Shown one piece after another: positions 13,501 through 27,170 of a DNA stretch of 64,000 nucleotides. The stretch's first letter is position 1. Each line of letters begins with the position of its first letter. A program made the translations under genes and the position numbers. The notes beneath the pieces were generated by a model. It did not search any database and was not told where the DNA came from. It saw only the letters and a program-made list of their open reading frames with translations. Origin of the DNA: Octopus sinensis. Its lineage: Eukaryota. The stretch spans positions 39,568,464-39,632,463 of the forward strand of contig NC_043011.1 of NCBI RefSeq assembly GCF_006345805.1. The letters run 5' to 3'.

Positions 13501-14482
13501 CAATGATATTAGGGATATATTAGAAGTGAACCAGCATGGAGCAGGGACTGAAACCAGCTCAGAAGTTTGAGTTTTGGTGATAATATCTTCCGGTCTGTGG
13601 CATTCAGATCTTACATGATAACTGAAGAATAACAATGGTTCCTGTATGGAAACAGCAAATTTACATTGTTTTCTTCATTTTATTTCATTTTCTTTTTCTC
13701 TCTCTCTCTCTCTCTCTTCTCTACTTACACACACACATTTATACACATATAAATATGCATACTTATACATATATATCAACGTATAGATATATGCATGCAG
13801 ACATATAAATGTATGTATATATATATATATACACACAACACAAATGCACACACGTATGTATATGCATACACATATACCAACATAAACACAGAGATACACA
13901 TATATATGCATCTTTAAACATATATGTTAACATATACACACATACAGATATAGATGTGTGTGTGTGACAGTGTGTATATACATATAAATGAATATATATA
14001 GCCACATATATGCATAATTATAGACATTATAACAACACATACACATACATATATATGCATACTTATACACATAAATGTATATATATATATATATATATGA
14101 AATGAAAATCAAAAACGTTTACAAACTCGGCTCATCTTATACTGCAGTTTCGTCTTTTTTATCTAGTACTTGCTTCTTCTTTTAGAGGCCTTTTAATGTA
14201 CTTATATATACATATGCATATAGACACACATATTCAGTTACAAAATGGAACATCTACCTAAGAAAAAAATACTAAATATAAATTACAAAAAGAACAAAGA
14301 GAAAATAAATTTGGTGACTCTTAGAAGGAAAAGAGAAAGGTGTGAATTCTGGCTGGTATTGAAGCTTTAACAAACACAAATATACATACATGTCTATATA
14401 CACCAATACACACTATGACATATACATTTGAATACATACATACGTATTCATACATTCATAGGCATTCCTATATTCAAATGTG

Positions 14483-14514
<32 letters not shown>

Positions 14515-14629
14515 CATACATACACACACATACATATAAATATACATACATGCATACATACATTCTTACGTTCATATATATACACACATACATACATTTA
14601 TACATACATTCATACATACATAGGCATAT

Positions 14630-15120
14630 GCATGGCTACATGGTAAGTAGCTTGCTTCCCAACCACATGCTTCTGGGTTCAGTCCCACTGCATGGCACCT
14701 TGGGCAAATGTCTTCTTCTATAGCCTCAGGCCAACCAAAGCCTTGTAAATGCATTTGATAGACAGAAACATCGTATATATATCTATAAATGTATATATGT
14801 ATATATATGTATATGTATGTGTGTAGGTGTTTTTTCCCCCATCATCACTTGACAACAGATGTTGGTGTGTTTACATCCCTGTAACTTAGCGGTTTGGCAA
14901 AAGAGACCAATAGGATAAGTACTAGGCTTACAAAGAATAAGTCCTCGGGTCAATTTGTTTGACTAAAGATGGTGCTCCAACATGGCCGCAGTCAAATGAT
15001 TGAAACAAGTATGGTTGGCTTGAGGCTATAGAAAAAGACACTTGCCCAAGATGCCACGCAGTGGGACTGAACCCAGAACCATATGGTTGGGAAGCAAGCT
15101 ACTTACCATGTAGCCTTTCA
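14630..15120. mobile_element. Family A SINE (+) followed by a minus partial copy
   Basis: Family A head and tail motifs are present. Confidence 0.7.
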
Positions 15121-15653
15121 TACGCCTATGTATGTATGAATGAATGTGTGTATGCATTTATGTATGAATGAATGTGTGTATGCATTTATGTATGTATGCA
15201 TTTATGTATGTATGTATAAACGGTGCTACCCCAGCATGGCCGCGGCCTTCGGGCTGAAACATTTTTAAGGATTTCAAGGATTAAGGATATACATATATAC
15301 ATGCATACATACATATACACTCCCTCAGAAGCACACACTTATACAAGTCCATTCTCAAATATACACACATACATGTTTATAAACATACAGGTATTCACAT
15401 ATACAAATATGCACACATGCACACACACACACACATACACATGTTGATGTAGATACACACTTACATAAATACACAAACTTATACAAGCCTGTTCACAAAC
15501 CAACATACATATATACATGTTCACAGTTTCCCATACTTAGACATACACACACACGCAAATTTTCATCAACATGCTAACCCAAGCACATATGCACACATAT
15601 ACTCACACTCTCTCAAGTAAACACACAAGTGTAAAACACTCGTTTTACACCTA

Positions 15654-15850
15654 CGAAGGGGTGCTGAAAAGTTCCTGGCTTTAAGGATATCATGAAAGGC
15701 CTGGTTGGTGGACCGACTTTTCAAGTTTTTTGACAGGGCTTAGAAAGATTGAGGGATTGCTGTAACAACTGTGTGAATCTGAGAGGGGAATATATTGGAT
15801 AAAATTATAATTAACTGATCCTTCTGTATTCTACTTTATCCCAAGGAGCT
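15654..15850 (+). mobile_element. Mariner-derived MITE, right end decayed
   Basis: The left end TA-cgaaggggtgctgaaaagttcctggc resembles a mariner TIR. Confidence 0.5.
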
Positions 15851-16389
15851 AATTCGAAGACTACAGATCCAATCCATCTCTGGAACTGTAAAAATCTATA
15901 AAACTTTCCAGAAGTTTATCATTTAAATATATATGAGCAAGTCTAGATATGTAACTATATGCATGAGAATACATACTTAAAACATACAAATCTGCACGTA
16001 TATACATACATACAGACAGACAGACAGACATACATACATACATACATACATATAAACAAACAAAAATACCCTGTTGTTATTGAAATTCCAATGAAGGAGT
16101 CTTGAATCTAGGCTAGAAACCAGTTCTTTCTCTAGTAGCAAGACATCTTAAAATAAAACTGAACAATGGCCATACATACATACATACATACATACATACC
16201 TACATACATACATATATACATCATACATACATACCTACCTACATACATACATACATACATCATACATACATACATCATACATACATCATACATACATACA
16301 TACATCATACATACATCATAACATACATACATACATACATACATACATACATACATACATACATACATACATACATACATACATACATA

Positions 16390-16775
16390 CAGTTGGTAGA
16401 AGCTCCATACAGAGTACCTAGTGCAAGCTATAGACACATAAGTGATATAGGGGTATTGCAGGAAGGTTAGCAGAGAAAGTAGTCTTTGAGTGTGGCAGAT
16501 GTTCAGATACAATAAACACTAAGAATATACAGAAAATAGACTCCCTCTAATGTCCAAGAAGATCCTTATGAGTATAGAAAGCTTCTGTTACCTAGGCAAC
16601 CAATTTAGCAGCAGAGGAGAAAGCTCTGAAAGAATAAATGCTGGGCAAAGTTCAGAGAGCTGCTACCTTTGTTGGTAACAAAGGGCCTCTCCCTCAGAGT
16701 GAAAGACAGATTGCATGATGTTTGTGTATGTACAACTATGCTACATGATAGTGAGACATGTGACTACAGATATGT
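16390..16775 (+). mobile_element. Degenerate RTE LINE fragment
   Basis: It reads ESFCYLGNQFSS...WAKFRELLPLLVTKGLSLRVK, a paralogue of 37337-38205. Confidence 0.7.
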
Positions 16776-16990
16776 GACTACAGACATGTGAAGGATTGAA
16801 AGAAATGAAGCAAGCATGGGCTGCTGGATAGGTTTTGTGTGTGTGTGTGTAAGTGCGTGTGTGCATGCATATTGATAGATAGATCGATAGACAGACAGAT
16901 AAACAGATAGACAGACAGACAGATAGATAAACAGATAGATAGACAGATAGATAGATAGATAGATACACAGACAGACAGATAGATAGATAA

Positions 16991-17042
<52 letters not shown>

Positions 17043-17173
17043 CAAAACGATATACAGACAAAAATATACACAGATATATATGTCAATGTATAAATTCATA
17101 TGGGTGTGTGTGTGTGTATAAATGGGTAAGCACACACACATACACACAGATGTATAAATGGATGTATAATATT

Positions 17174-17404
17174 AAGGTGGTGTGCTGGCAGAAACGTTAG
17201 CACGCTGGGCGAAATGCTTAGCGGTATTTCATCTGTCTACCTTCTGAGTTCAAATTCCTCCAAGGTCGACTTTGCCTTTCATCCTTTCGGGGTCGATAAA
17301 TTAAGTACCAGTTACGCACTGGGGTCGATGTAATCGACTTAATACCTATGTCTGTCCTCGTTTGTCCCCTCTATGTTTAACCCCTTGTGGGCAATAAAGA
17401 AATA
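17174..17404 (+). mobile_element. tRNA-derived SINE family C (Meta-domain-like centre, tentative)
   Basis: It reads gctggcagaaacgttagc...gagttcaaattcc...ttgcctttcatcctttcggggtcgataaattaagtacc. Further copies are at 18690-18920(-), 26180-26388(-), 46732-46945(+) and 48180-48370(+). Confidence 0.75.
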
Positions 17405-18147
17405 AGATGTATAAATGGAAATAATGATGCAAATAAGCAAATAAACATGCTTAGGCTTCATAAATATATGTACATATATATAATAATTTTCTCGCTGTAT
17501 TGCATATTCATTTCTCTTTTTTTCCCATCTGTGATTTTATTTTTGATCTCCTATATAAGTGAAGATATTTCCTGCGTCTTGCTGCATTTCTTCTACAAAA
17601 CAAGAAGTTACACCACGGAACAGCTGTTTTAATGAGTTGTCTCCATTTTTCACCCGACGAGATACATCTGCACCACCTGATGCTCCTGAACCAGTTGCTG
17701 AGTGTCCCACTCATGAGGGATCGATGCTAGAGGCGTCGAAACAATTGTCATGATTAATAATAAATTCTCGTATATTCCATCTTCTGTCTTTCATTTGCCA
17801 TATCTATCTATATATATATATAATATACATATATATATATACACACACACACACACATATATACATATATAATATATATATATATATCATCATCATCATT
17901 TAGCGTCCGTTTCCATGCTAGCATGGTTGGACGGTTTAATGGGGTCTGTGAAGCCGGAGGCTTCATCAGGCCCAGTCGATTTGCAGTGTTCTAGGCTGGA
18001 TGCCCTTCCTAACGTCTGTCTATATATATATATATATTTATATATTATTATAATATATATATATATTATATATATATATATATATTATACTATTATGTAT
18101 ATATATATCGATATATATATATATATATATATATAATAAGATATATC

Positions 18148-18420
18148 ATCATCGTTTAACGTCCGTTCTCCATGCTAGCATGGGTTGGATGGTTCGACCG
18201 AGGATCTGGGAAGCCAGAAGGCTGCACCAGGCTCCAGTCTTATCTGGCAATGTTTCTACTGCTGGATGCCCCTTCCTAATGCCAACCACTCCGTGAGTGT
18301 AGAGGGTGCTTTTTACGTGCCACCTGCACAGGTGCCAGGCGAAGCTTGCATCGGCCACGGTCGGATTGGTGCATTTTACGTGCCACCAGCATGGAAGCCA
18401 GTCGAGGCGGCACTGGCTTC
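18148..18420 (-). mobile_element. Family D element within (TA)n (another at 17888-18015)
   Basis: It begins catcatcgtttaacgtccg...ccatgctagcatggg and is flanked by (TA)n. Confidence 0.75.
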
Positions 18421-18563
18421 TAAATATATATATATATATATATATATAAATAATATATATATATAGTCAATCCAAACAAGAACAAGCAAGAAACAACAAT
18501 GCGAGGACATGGTACAAGTACTGTGTTATTGGACGTTCAGTAAAGGAAACAAAAGAAAGAAAA

Positions 18564-18596
18564 TTTCATGTTTCGAGCAGAGCTCTTCATCAGAAA
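18564..18596 (-). ncRNA. Minimal type-I hammerhead-like motif (family 2) within a PLE-type tail at 18465-18665
   Basis: It reads TTT CTGATGA A GAGC-TCT-GCTC GAA ACAT G AAA. The core and helix II are intact. Helix III and the cleavage triplet are decayed. Confidence 0.55.
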
Positions 18597-18689
18597 TATA
18601 GAAAAAGTCCAAAGAAGGGAAGATGGAGAAAGAAAATCGCCAACGATACACATGCAGTCATGCATATATGTATATATACATATATATAT

Positions 18690-18920
18690 TTCTTTACTAC
18701 CCACAAGGGGCTAAACACAGAGGGGACAAACATGGACAGACAAACGGATAAAGTCGATTACATCGACCCCAGTGCATAACAGGTACTTTATTTATCGACC
18801 CTGAAAGGATGAAAGGCAAAGTCGACCTCGGCGGAATTTGATCTCAGAACGTAACGGCAGATGAAATACGGCTACGCATTTCGCCCGGCGTGCTAACGTT
18901 TCTGCCAGCTCGCTGCCTTA
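18690..18920 (-). mobile_element. Family C SINE
   Basis: It is a reverse-complement relative of 17174-17404. Confidence 0.75.
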
Positions 18921-19214
18921 AATTATATACATATATATATAATGTGTGTGCATGTGTGTGTGAATAAGCATAAAGGTTGTGCTCCCACCAATTCGCTTGA
19001 ACAAAGCAGTGACATGCTTACACACTTTATATACATTTTGACTGGTTGCTCTGTAGTTCTGAAGACCAGTGAAATGAGAAATGCCTTACTTCAAACAAGA
19101 TGATGGGAACAGCATCCAGCTGGAAAATCCTGCCTTAAATATGTCCCCATCCAACTCATGCTAACATGTAAAAATGGATGTCAAGCATATGAATAAGAGA
19201 TGTATGAACCAATA

Positions 19215-20126
19215 TAGGAGGGTTAATCAACAATTATCCGGACTGTTGCCATAGTAATGAAACTAAAGCACACAGAGTGAAGCAGCTTGGCACAATTTGA
19301 CCTTGCACGCTGCTGTGCATGTGCTCTAAGTTTTAATGTTCTAGCTCACTTCCACTGTTTACAGTAGTGTTTGGAAGAAAGGTTACAGCAGTGCTTGGAA
19401 GGAAGGTGTGTAGCATGTGGTGGTTATTGTATTGACCATGACAGAGAAAGTTGTTATGGCAATACCTGCTCAGAGGCCCACACAATGTTGCAGAAAGTGT
19501 ATGGGGATGAATATATGAGCTGCACACAAGTGTATAGTTGTTCAGACGTTTCTGAGATGGCCAGAAACCTGTTGATATTGACGAACGTTCTGGGAGACTC
19601 GCAACCAGCAGAACTGAGAAAAACATCACAGATGTGCCAGTAGCTGTGAAGGAAAATCGTTGAATCACCATCCATGAATAATCAGAGGATGTGCAGGTTA
19701 GTTTTGGTTCAGTTCAGTGCATTGTCACTGAAAATTTGGATACGAGATGCATGTCTGCCAAGTTTGTGCCAAAACTGCTTTCAGCTGACCAAAAAGACAC
19801 TCGGGTTTCAGTTGCACAAAATCTTGATTGTGTCGAGAACGATGAAAACTTTTGCATAGGCCTCTGAGCAGGTATCACCAAGCTTTTGGCAAAATTTGAT
19901 GCAGATTCTCTGCTCAACTTTCTCTGTCATTGTCGATGTGATGATCACACACTACACACCTTCCTTCCAAGCACTGCTGTAAACAGCAGAAGTGAGCTAG
20001 GATGTTAAAACTGACTGCACATGCACAGCAGAGTTCAAGGTCGATCTGAGCCATATGGCTTCACTCTCCATGCTTTAGCTTCGTTACTATGGCAACAGTC
20101 CAGCTATTTATTGATCAGACCATGTA
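19215..20126. mobile_element. Irritans-like mariner derivative with ~270-bp inverted ends (5'-5' fold-back)
   Basis: The plus strand encodes a decayed HTH region (MLQKVYGDEYMS...DERSGR...SAKFVPKLL). The right arm is an inverted copy of the left end including MTEKVEQRICIKFCQKLGDTCSEA. Both ends are TA-flanked. Confidence 0.8.
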
Positions 20127-20399
20127 TGTATGACATTGGTTCAGGCATGACTTTTTGGTTAAGAATTTCGCTTTGCATTCCTGTGGTTCTTGGATTGGTG
20201 CCACTGTCTGGCACCTTAGGCAAGTCTCTTGTTTCATAGCTTCAGGTCAACCAAAGACCTCCCAGTGAAAAATAGTCGTAGGCAACAGTCTTCTACCATG
20301 AGTATATGTGTGTGTGTGTGTGTGTGTATACATATGTGCTCGCATGCGTGCATCTATGCCTATGTGCATGTGTGTGTACATATTTAATTATATATGTAT

Positions 20400-20505
20400 A
20401 AATTGGTGATGATGATGATAATGACAATGATGGTAAGGAGGAGGGGAGAAGGAGGGGGATTGCAATAATCGTGATAACATTAATTATGATGCTGCTACTT
20501 CCGCT

Positions 20506-20536
<31 letters not shown>

Positions 20537-21005
20537 ATGACGACGACGACGACGACGATGACGACGACGACGATGATGATGATGATGATGAAGATGATGA
20601 TAAGAATGAGGAGGATAGCAATAATTGTGATAATGGTGATTATGATGATGCTGATGATGGTGAAGATGATGGCAATGATGATGCTGCTGATGATGGTCAA
20701 GATGATGATGATGATGATGGTGATGATACAAAAGAGAAGGAGGGTAGCAACAATCATGGCAACGGTAATTATGAGGACGCAGATGATGGTGAAGATGATG
20801 ATGACGACAATGACAATGGTGATGATGATGATGAAGATGATGACGACGACAATGACAATGGTGATGATGATGATGATGAAGATGATGATGACGACAATGA
20901 CAATGGTGATGATGATGATGATGTGTAGGATGATGATGGTGATGATTATGATGATGATGATGATGAAGATGATGACAACGACAACGATGATGATGATTAT
21001 GGTTA
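20400..21005. repeat. (GAT/GAC)n degenerate trinucleotide array
   Basis: Seen directly in the sequence. Confidence 0.95.
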
Positions 21006-21379
21006 GTTGTTGCAGTGGCAGTAGCAGAATCGAGTTGTGTGGAGATGCTCACACAAGCATGGAAAAAAAAAATAATAATAAAAAGGAAGCAAGGGGGCAG
21101 TGAAGGTGGGGTTTGGGGGAATTTATGTAAAACCGATAAAGAAATGACAAACAACCACACAGTAATAAAAAAAAAAACCAGTAAACAACATTCCCACAAC
21201 TCCTTGTCTTCTGTTTCGCTGTCATCATAAACAGAGTGCAGTGGGGAGGTGAGTCGGGTGGGTGGGGCCTTGCATGGAGAACAACCGTGGAGAGATGAGC
21301 AGAAATGACAAGTATGAGCACTTTGCCAAACAACCGCAATTAATGTCAGAAAACGGGAAACTTTCTTGACTGTCCTTCT

Positions 21380-21655
21380 TCTTACTGTTGTTGTCGTTGT
21401 TATTGTCATTGTTGTTGCCTTGGTTGTTGTCGTTGTTGTTGTTGTTGCTGTTGCCATTGTAGTTGTTGTTGTTGTTGTCATTTCTCTCGTTGATGTCATT
21501 GTTGTTGTTGTTGTTGTCGTTGTCGTCGCTGTCATCGTTGTTGTTGTTGTTGTTGTAGTTGTTGTTGTGGTCGTTGTTGTTGTTGTCGTTGTTGTTGTTG
21601 TCATTGTCATTTTTGTTGTTGTTGTTGTTGTTGTCATCGTTGCTGTTATTATCAT
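21380..21655. repeat. (GTT/GTC)n array
   Basis: Seen directly in the sequence. Confidence 0.95.
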
Positions 21656-22115
21656 ACCAGCACAGCCGTAGCTGGTGTTGCGGTATTTGCGGTATTTGCC
21701 CGGGCTCACTACATTCTGGGTTCAACTCCCACAAAGGTAAACTTTTTATTTCAGTCTCCTTTCAGGTGAGGGAGGGGTCACCAAAATAAAGGGACAGTCC
21801 CAGGCAGGCAACTGGCAGAATTCTTAAAGTATCAAGTAAAATGCTTTGTGGTATACATTCTGGCTCTTCATTCGCAGTTTCAATCCCCACTGAGGTCAAC
21901 ATTGAATTTCATTCTTTAAGGGATCAATGAAATAAAGGACCAGTTAAGGAGGTGAATAAGTGGGGTTCTTAGAGCACTGGATATTATTTTTCCAGTGATT
22001 GTGTATGTAGAACACCATTAGCTAATGTGTTGCTTTTGATCTGAGTAAGGTCCAGCTATCAGCTATTATTTTTAGCAGATCATGTAACCATGTACAAGCA
22101 CCTCTATTGGTCCTC

Positions 22116-22151
<36 letters not shown>

Positions 22152-22239
22152 GTCGTTATTCAACTCCATAAGCTGAAGAAAAGCAATGAGATGGCTGGAA
22201 CATCATTGATCAAAAGACTGCCCAAACAGGACGAAAAGC

Positions 22240-22650
22240 ATGGCTGTGTGGTAAGAAGTTTGCTTACCAACCATATGGTTCCAGGTTCAGTCCCACTGCA
22301 TGGCACCTTGGACAAGTTTCTTCCAATATAGCCACAGGCAGACCAAAGCTTTGCGAGTTGATCTGGTAGACAAAATCTGGAAGAACCACATCATGTGTGA
22401 GCGCGTGCATGTGTGTGTGTTTGTGTCTTTGAGTCTGTGTTTGTCCTCCACCACCACTTGACAACCAGTGTTGGTGTGTTTACGTCCCTGTAAGTCAATG
22501 GTTCGGTAATAGAGACCGATAGAATAAGAATCAGGTTTAAAAAAACAAAAAAAATAATCACTGGAGTTGATTCATTCGACCAAAAATTCTTCTAGGTAGT
22601 GCTCCAGCATGGCCACAGTCTAATGACAGAAACAAATAAAGAAACAAAAA
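22240..22650 (+). mobile_element. Family A SINE
   Basis: Family A head and tail motifs are present. Confidence 0.75.
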
Positions 22651-23124
22651 GTAGTATATGAAGGGCTACAACAGATTGTGATTCAAATGAAACCAGGCTG
22701 CTATTTCTAGTAACCTTTGATCTTAATAATCAATTAATAACATTAATTATTGGTTCTCATGGCTTTCTTTTGCCTATTGTCGTTTTTGTTGTTGTTCTTG
22801 TTCTTGTTGTTTTTGTTGTTGTTGTTGTTGCTGTTGCACACCCCTAAGTCATTTCTGATCAAGCAAATCTAAGATCAAAGGTCTTCCAGCCATGACCATA
22901 CTGTCTTTTCACACTGTCCATTGTGTCTTTTTTTGTTCTGATTCTTTTGTTTCTTTTTTTTGTTTTGTTTTTTTTTGAAAGACAGCAGAGAGTGAATTGA
23001 GATAGATTTGGCTTCTATTTCTAGCAAGGTTATGCAACCACAAAGCCGGATCTCTCACTGACACACCAGAAGTGATGAAGTTCTGTGTAGCAATGACAGC
23101 AGCTATAGTGTAGAGACTCATAGA

Positions 23125-23490
23125 GCAGATGGTGGTGGTGGTGATGGTGGTGGTGGGCAGTGGTGGTGGTAGTGGTGGGCAGTGGTGGTGGTGGTTGCAG
23201 CTGTCGAAGCAAAGGTGGTGGTGATGGTGATGAGGATGGTGATAGCAGTGACGGTGGTGGTGATAGCATGATGGTAGTAGTGGTGTTGGTGGTAGTGGTG
23301 GCGGTGGTGGTGGTGGCAGCGGCGGTGGAGGTGGTGGTGGTGGTGATACTGCCCGGCATTATTTGAAGTGGCAGTGTTTATGGTGTTGGTGACAGTGATG
23401 GTGATGGCGCTGTTGGTGCTAATGGTAGTCCTGACATCAGCAACAGTTGATATGGTAACAATGGTGGTGGTGGTGGTGATGATGATGGAA
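23125..23490. repeat. (GGT)n degenerate array
   Basis: Seen directly in the sequence. Confidence 0.9.
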
Positions 23491-23516
23491 ACAGCGTTAC
23501 TCCATCATGTGTCCAA

Positions 23517-23547
<31 letters not shown>

Positions 23548-23933
23548 AATACAGAAAATAAATACAGAAAACAAAAAAATGAAATAAAATAAAAATAAAA
23601 TAGAAATAAACAAAAACAACAACAACAACAAAAGACATGATGTAAGTGAACGAGCATTTCTCAAAGATCTGTAATAAATGCCACCGCAGGGAAGTCAATC
23701 ATGGTTTCTTTTGTTGCCAACTTTTGTTGCTCTGTCCAGGCCAATGAGCAATAAAACTTTAAAGAGGACGTACAACACAGCTCACAGCTAAGCGCAGCAT
23801 AGCATCAGTCGAAGAGGAAGCTTGTTTTATGCACGACAACAAACCTTGCCTAACCTCCTGCCCATACCCACCACCATTTCTTCACATTGCTCCCTCTCTC
23901 TATCTATCTATCTATCTGTCTGTCTCTGTTACT

Positions 23934-23971
<38 letters not shown>

Positions 23972-24309
23972 CGTCGCTCTTCTGCCATGATCAGTGTTCA
24001 TTACCTTAAAATTTACCAATATCAAATATATCATATTTATTAAAAGCAAAATAAAAGCTAATACAAATAAAACCATGAAAACAAGAAACAATTCATCAAC
24101 AGCAATGTTAACTACTGGATAATTTCTGGCTATTTTGTTTTTGTTTTTGTTTTTTGGGGGGTGGAGGGGGAGGTTCCTTTCTTTTTGGTGGTGAGGGTAG
24201 TTTTTTGTTAAGAATTTTTGGTTGTTAGTTTTTGTCCTCTTTCTTTCTTTTTGTCTTTTTGCTTCATATAAAGATGATTGGTGAGCTGTAAAATCTAAAG
24301 AACAAAATT

Positions 24310-24314
24310 GATAA

Positions 24315-24356
<42 letters not shown>

Positions 24357-24418
24357 TATATAAATATATATATATATACATACATACATATATATACATA
24401 TATATATATAATATATAT

Positions 24419-24506
<88 letters not shown>

Positions 24507-24872
24507 AATATATATATGTGTACGTGTATATATGTATGTATGTGAGTATGTATAAGTATGTGTATGAATATATATATATATAAGAATATATATATCTATG
24601 CATGTATATATGTGTGTGTGTCTATAAGTATATATATATGGATATATATATATGTGAATATGCATGTGTATAAATATATGCGAATATTTATTCATACAAT
24701 ATATACACGAATATAATATGTGTGTATGTATATATGTACACATACACACAAACATACACACACACATACATATATATACACACACATACATATATATACA
24801 CACACACATATACACACACACACATATATACATGCATACACATGCACACACATGCACACACACACACATACA

Positions 24873-24909
<37 letters not shown>

Positions 24910-24910
24910 C
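24310..24910. repeat. Compound (TA)n/(CA)n microsatellite
   Basis: Seen directly in the sequence. Confidence 0.95.
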
Positions 24911-25029
24911 TGCTGTATTCACTTGAGTTATTCCGCTGTTTCTTCTTTGTATTTTCACAAGAAAATTTCTTAGTCCTTCTCTCATTAACAGCAATAAAAT
25001 TCAAACCAAAAGCACATGAATTTTGCAGT

Positions 25030-25052
25030 TTTATCATCATCATTATTATTAC

Positions 25053-25097
<45 letters not shown>

Positions 25098-25099
25098 CA

Positions 25100-25130
<31 letters not shown>

Positions 25131-25159
25131 CATCATCATTATTATTGTTGTTTTTGCTG

Positions 25160-25201
<42 letters not shown>

Positions 25202-25290
25202 TATTATTATTATTATTATTATTATATTATTATTATTATTAATATTATCATCATCATTATTATTGTTATTATTATTATTGTTGTTGTTGC

Positions 25291-25357
<67 letters not shown>

Positions 25358-25365
25358 ATTATTAA
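25030..25365. repeat. (ATT/GTT)n array; (CAT)n also at 25780-26010
   Basis: Seen directly in the sequence. Confidence 0.95.
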
Positions 25366-25931
25366 ATACAAGCAAGAAAACTAAAATATTACACAAAACA
25401 CAAGACACAGAGTAAAAAAAAAAGAAAACGAAAAGTAGCTAATTTCTTCGTCAAATAGCCAATTCTGAAAAATACTTAATTACAGCAGGAGAATAAATCA
25501 TTTTTAAGTGAGGTTGCTAGTTCATAATATTTTGATACGAATACGGGCAACAAAAAACAGGGGGAAAAAAATGAAAAGCAAAAATTATTTCTATTATTTT
25601 GTTTTCGTTTTTGTTGCCAATTTTGTTGTTGTTGTTGATGATGATGATGATCGTGTAATGGTAGTAGTGGTGGTGGTGGTGGTGGTAGTGTTAGAGAATT
25701 CAAGTTATTGAAATGTAATTAAAAATGAACTAAACTTTAGTAATATTTAAACAGTTAAATAGGGCCTTTTTTCAGATTAAACATCATCATCATCATCATC
25801 ATCATTATCATTATCATCATCATCCTCATCATCCTCATCATCCTTATCATCATCATCATCATCATCATCATCATCTTCATCATCATCATCATCCTTATCA
25901 TCATTATCATCATCATCATCATCATCAACAC

Positions 25932-25975
<44 letters not shown>

Positions 25976-26403
25976 CCACCACCACCATCATCGTCATCAT
26001 GTTCATCGTTGTCATCAAATTTAACACTTTACATACCATAAGAGTCACAGACAACTCCAACATACAGGCTATAATTCTAATACGGTGCAAAATGGGTTTG
26101 GAAGAATTATGGTTAACACCCATTTCTCAATTCTGTCATGGGTTGGGCAGATTTTCTGCCACCCAGGTCATTTAAGATATTCTTTTCTACTCAGAGCACA
26201 AGGCCCAAAATGTTTGGGGTGGGGGCCAGTCGATTAGATTGACCCCAACTGATACTTTATATATTGACCTTGAAAGGATGAAAGGTAAAGTCATCCTCGG
26301 TGGAATTTGAACTCAGAACATAAAGACAGATGAAATACTGTTGAATATTTCACCCGGCGTGCTAACAATTCTGCCAGCTCACTGCCTTAGGACATTTAAG
26401 ATA

Positions 26404-26544
26404 CTTGTTTCTACTCTAGGCACAAGGCCCAAAATTTTCGTGGAGGGGGCCAGTCAATTAGATCGATACCAGTTGCATACTGGGGTCGATCTAATCGACT
26501 GGCCCCCTCCACAAAAATTTGGGGCCTTGTGCCTAGAGTAGAAA
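26404..26544. mobile_element. Palindromic fold-back of the family C SINE 3' tail with a 15-bp TSD
   Basis: AGGACATTTAAGATA occurs at 26389-26403 and 26545-26559. The arms are symmetric about ccagt-tgcat-actgg. Confidence 0.8.
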
Positions 26545-26771
26545 AGGACATTTAAGATATTGCCTACATTTTCAATCTTTGTGAAGTCCACCCAGCATCC
26601 AAAGAGTACGTATGACAAAATCACCAAAAACACAGTCAGCTCGACAGGCAGAGATTGGATCCATGGTATTGGTCCAAGGCAAGAGATTGGATCCAGGGCA
26701 TTGGTTTTCACAGAATGGCTTGAGAATATGAATGCTCTCTTACAGCCATTAGCACCATGCAGAACATTTAA

Positions 26772-27170
26772 ATAGGTGCAGGAGTGGCTGTGTGGTAAGT
26801 AGCTTGCTTCCCAACACCATGGTTCCCGGTTCAGTCCCACTATGTGGCACTTTGAGCAAGTTTCTTTTACTATAGCCTCAGGCCGACCAAAGCCTAGAGA
26901 GTGGATTTGGTAGACGGAAACTAAAAGAAGGCCATAGTATATATGTGTGTCTGTGTGTGTATGTGAGTATGTTTGTGTGTCTGTGTTTGTCTCCCCAACA
27001 TCACTTGACAACCGATTCTGGTGTGCTTAGTGGTTCGGCAAAAGAGACCGATAGAATAAGAACTAGACTTAGAAAGAATAAGCGCTGGGGTCAATTTGTT
27101 CGACTGAAGGCGGTGCTCCAGCATGGCCACAGTCAAATAACTGAAACAAGTAAAAGAATAAAAGAATGCA
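26772..27170 (+). mobile_element. Full-length family A SINE
   Basis: Family A head and tail motifs are present. Confidence 0.8.

Noticed and set aside
20495-21709. 404-aa and 210-aa ORFs (poly-T/H/M)
   Set aside because: They are translations of (GAT)n and (GTT)n arrays and show no domain or splice support.
24264-25415. Long I/Y, H/T and L/I ORFs, and similar ORFs throughout the window
   Set aside because: Dinucleotide and trinucleotide microsatellites lack stops in some frames.
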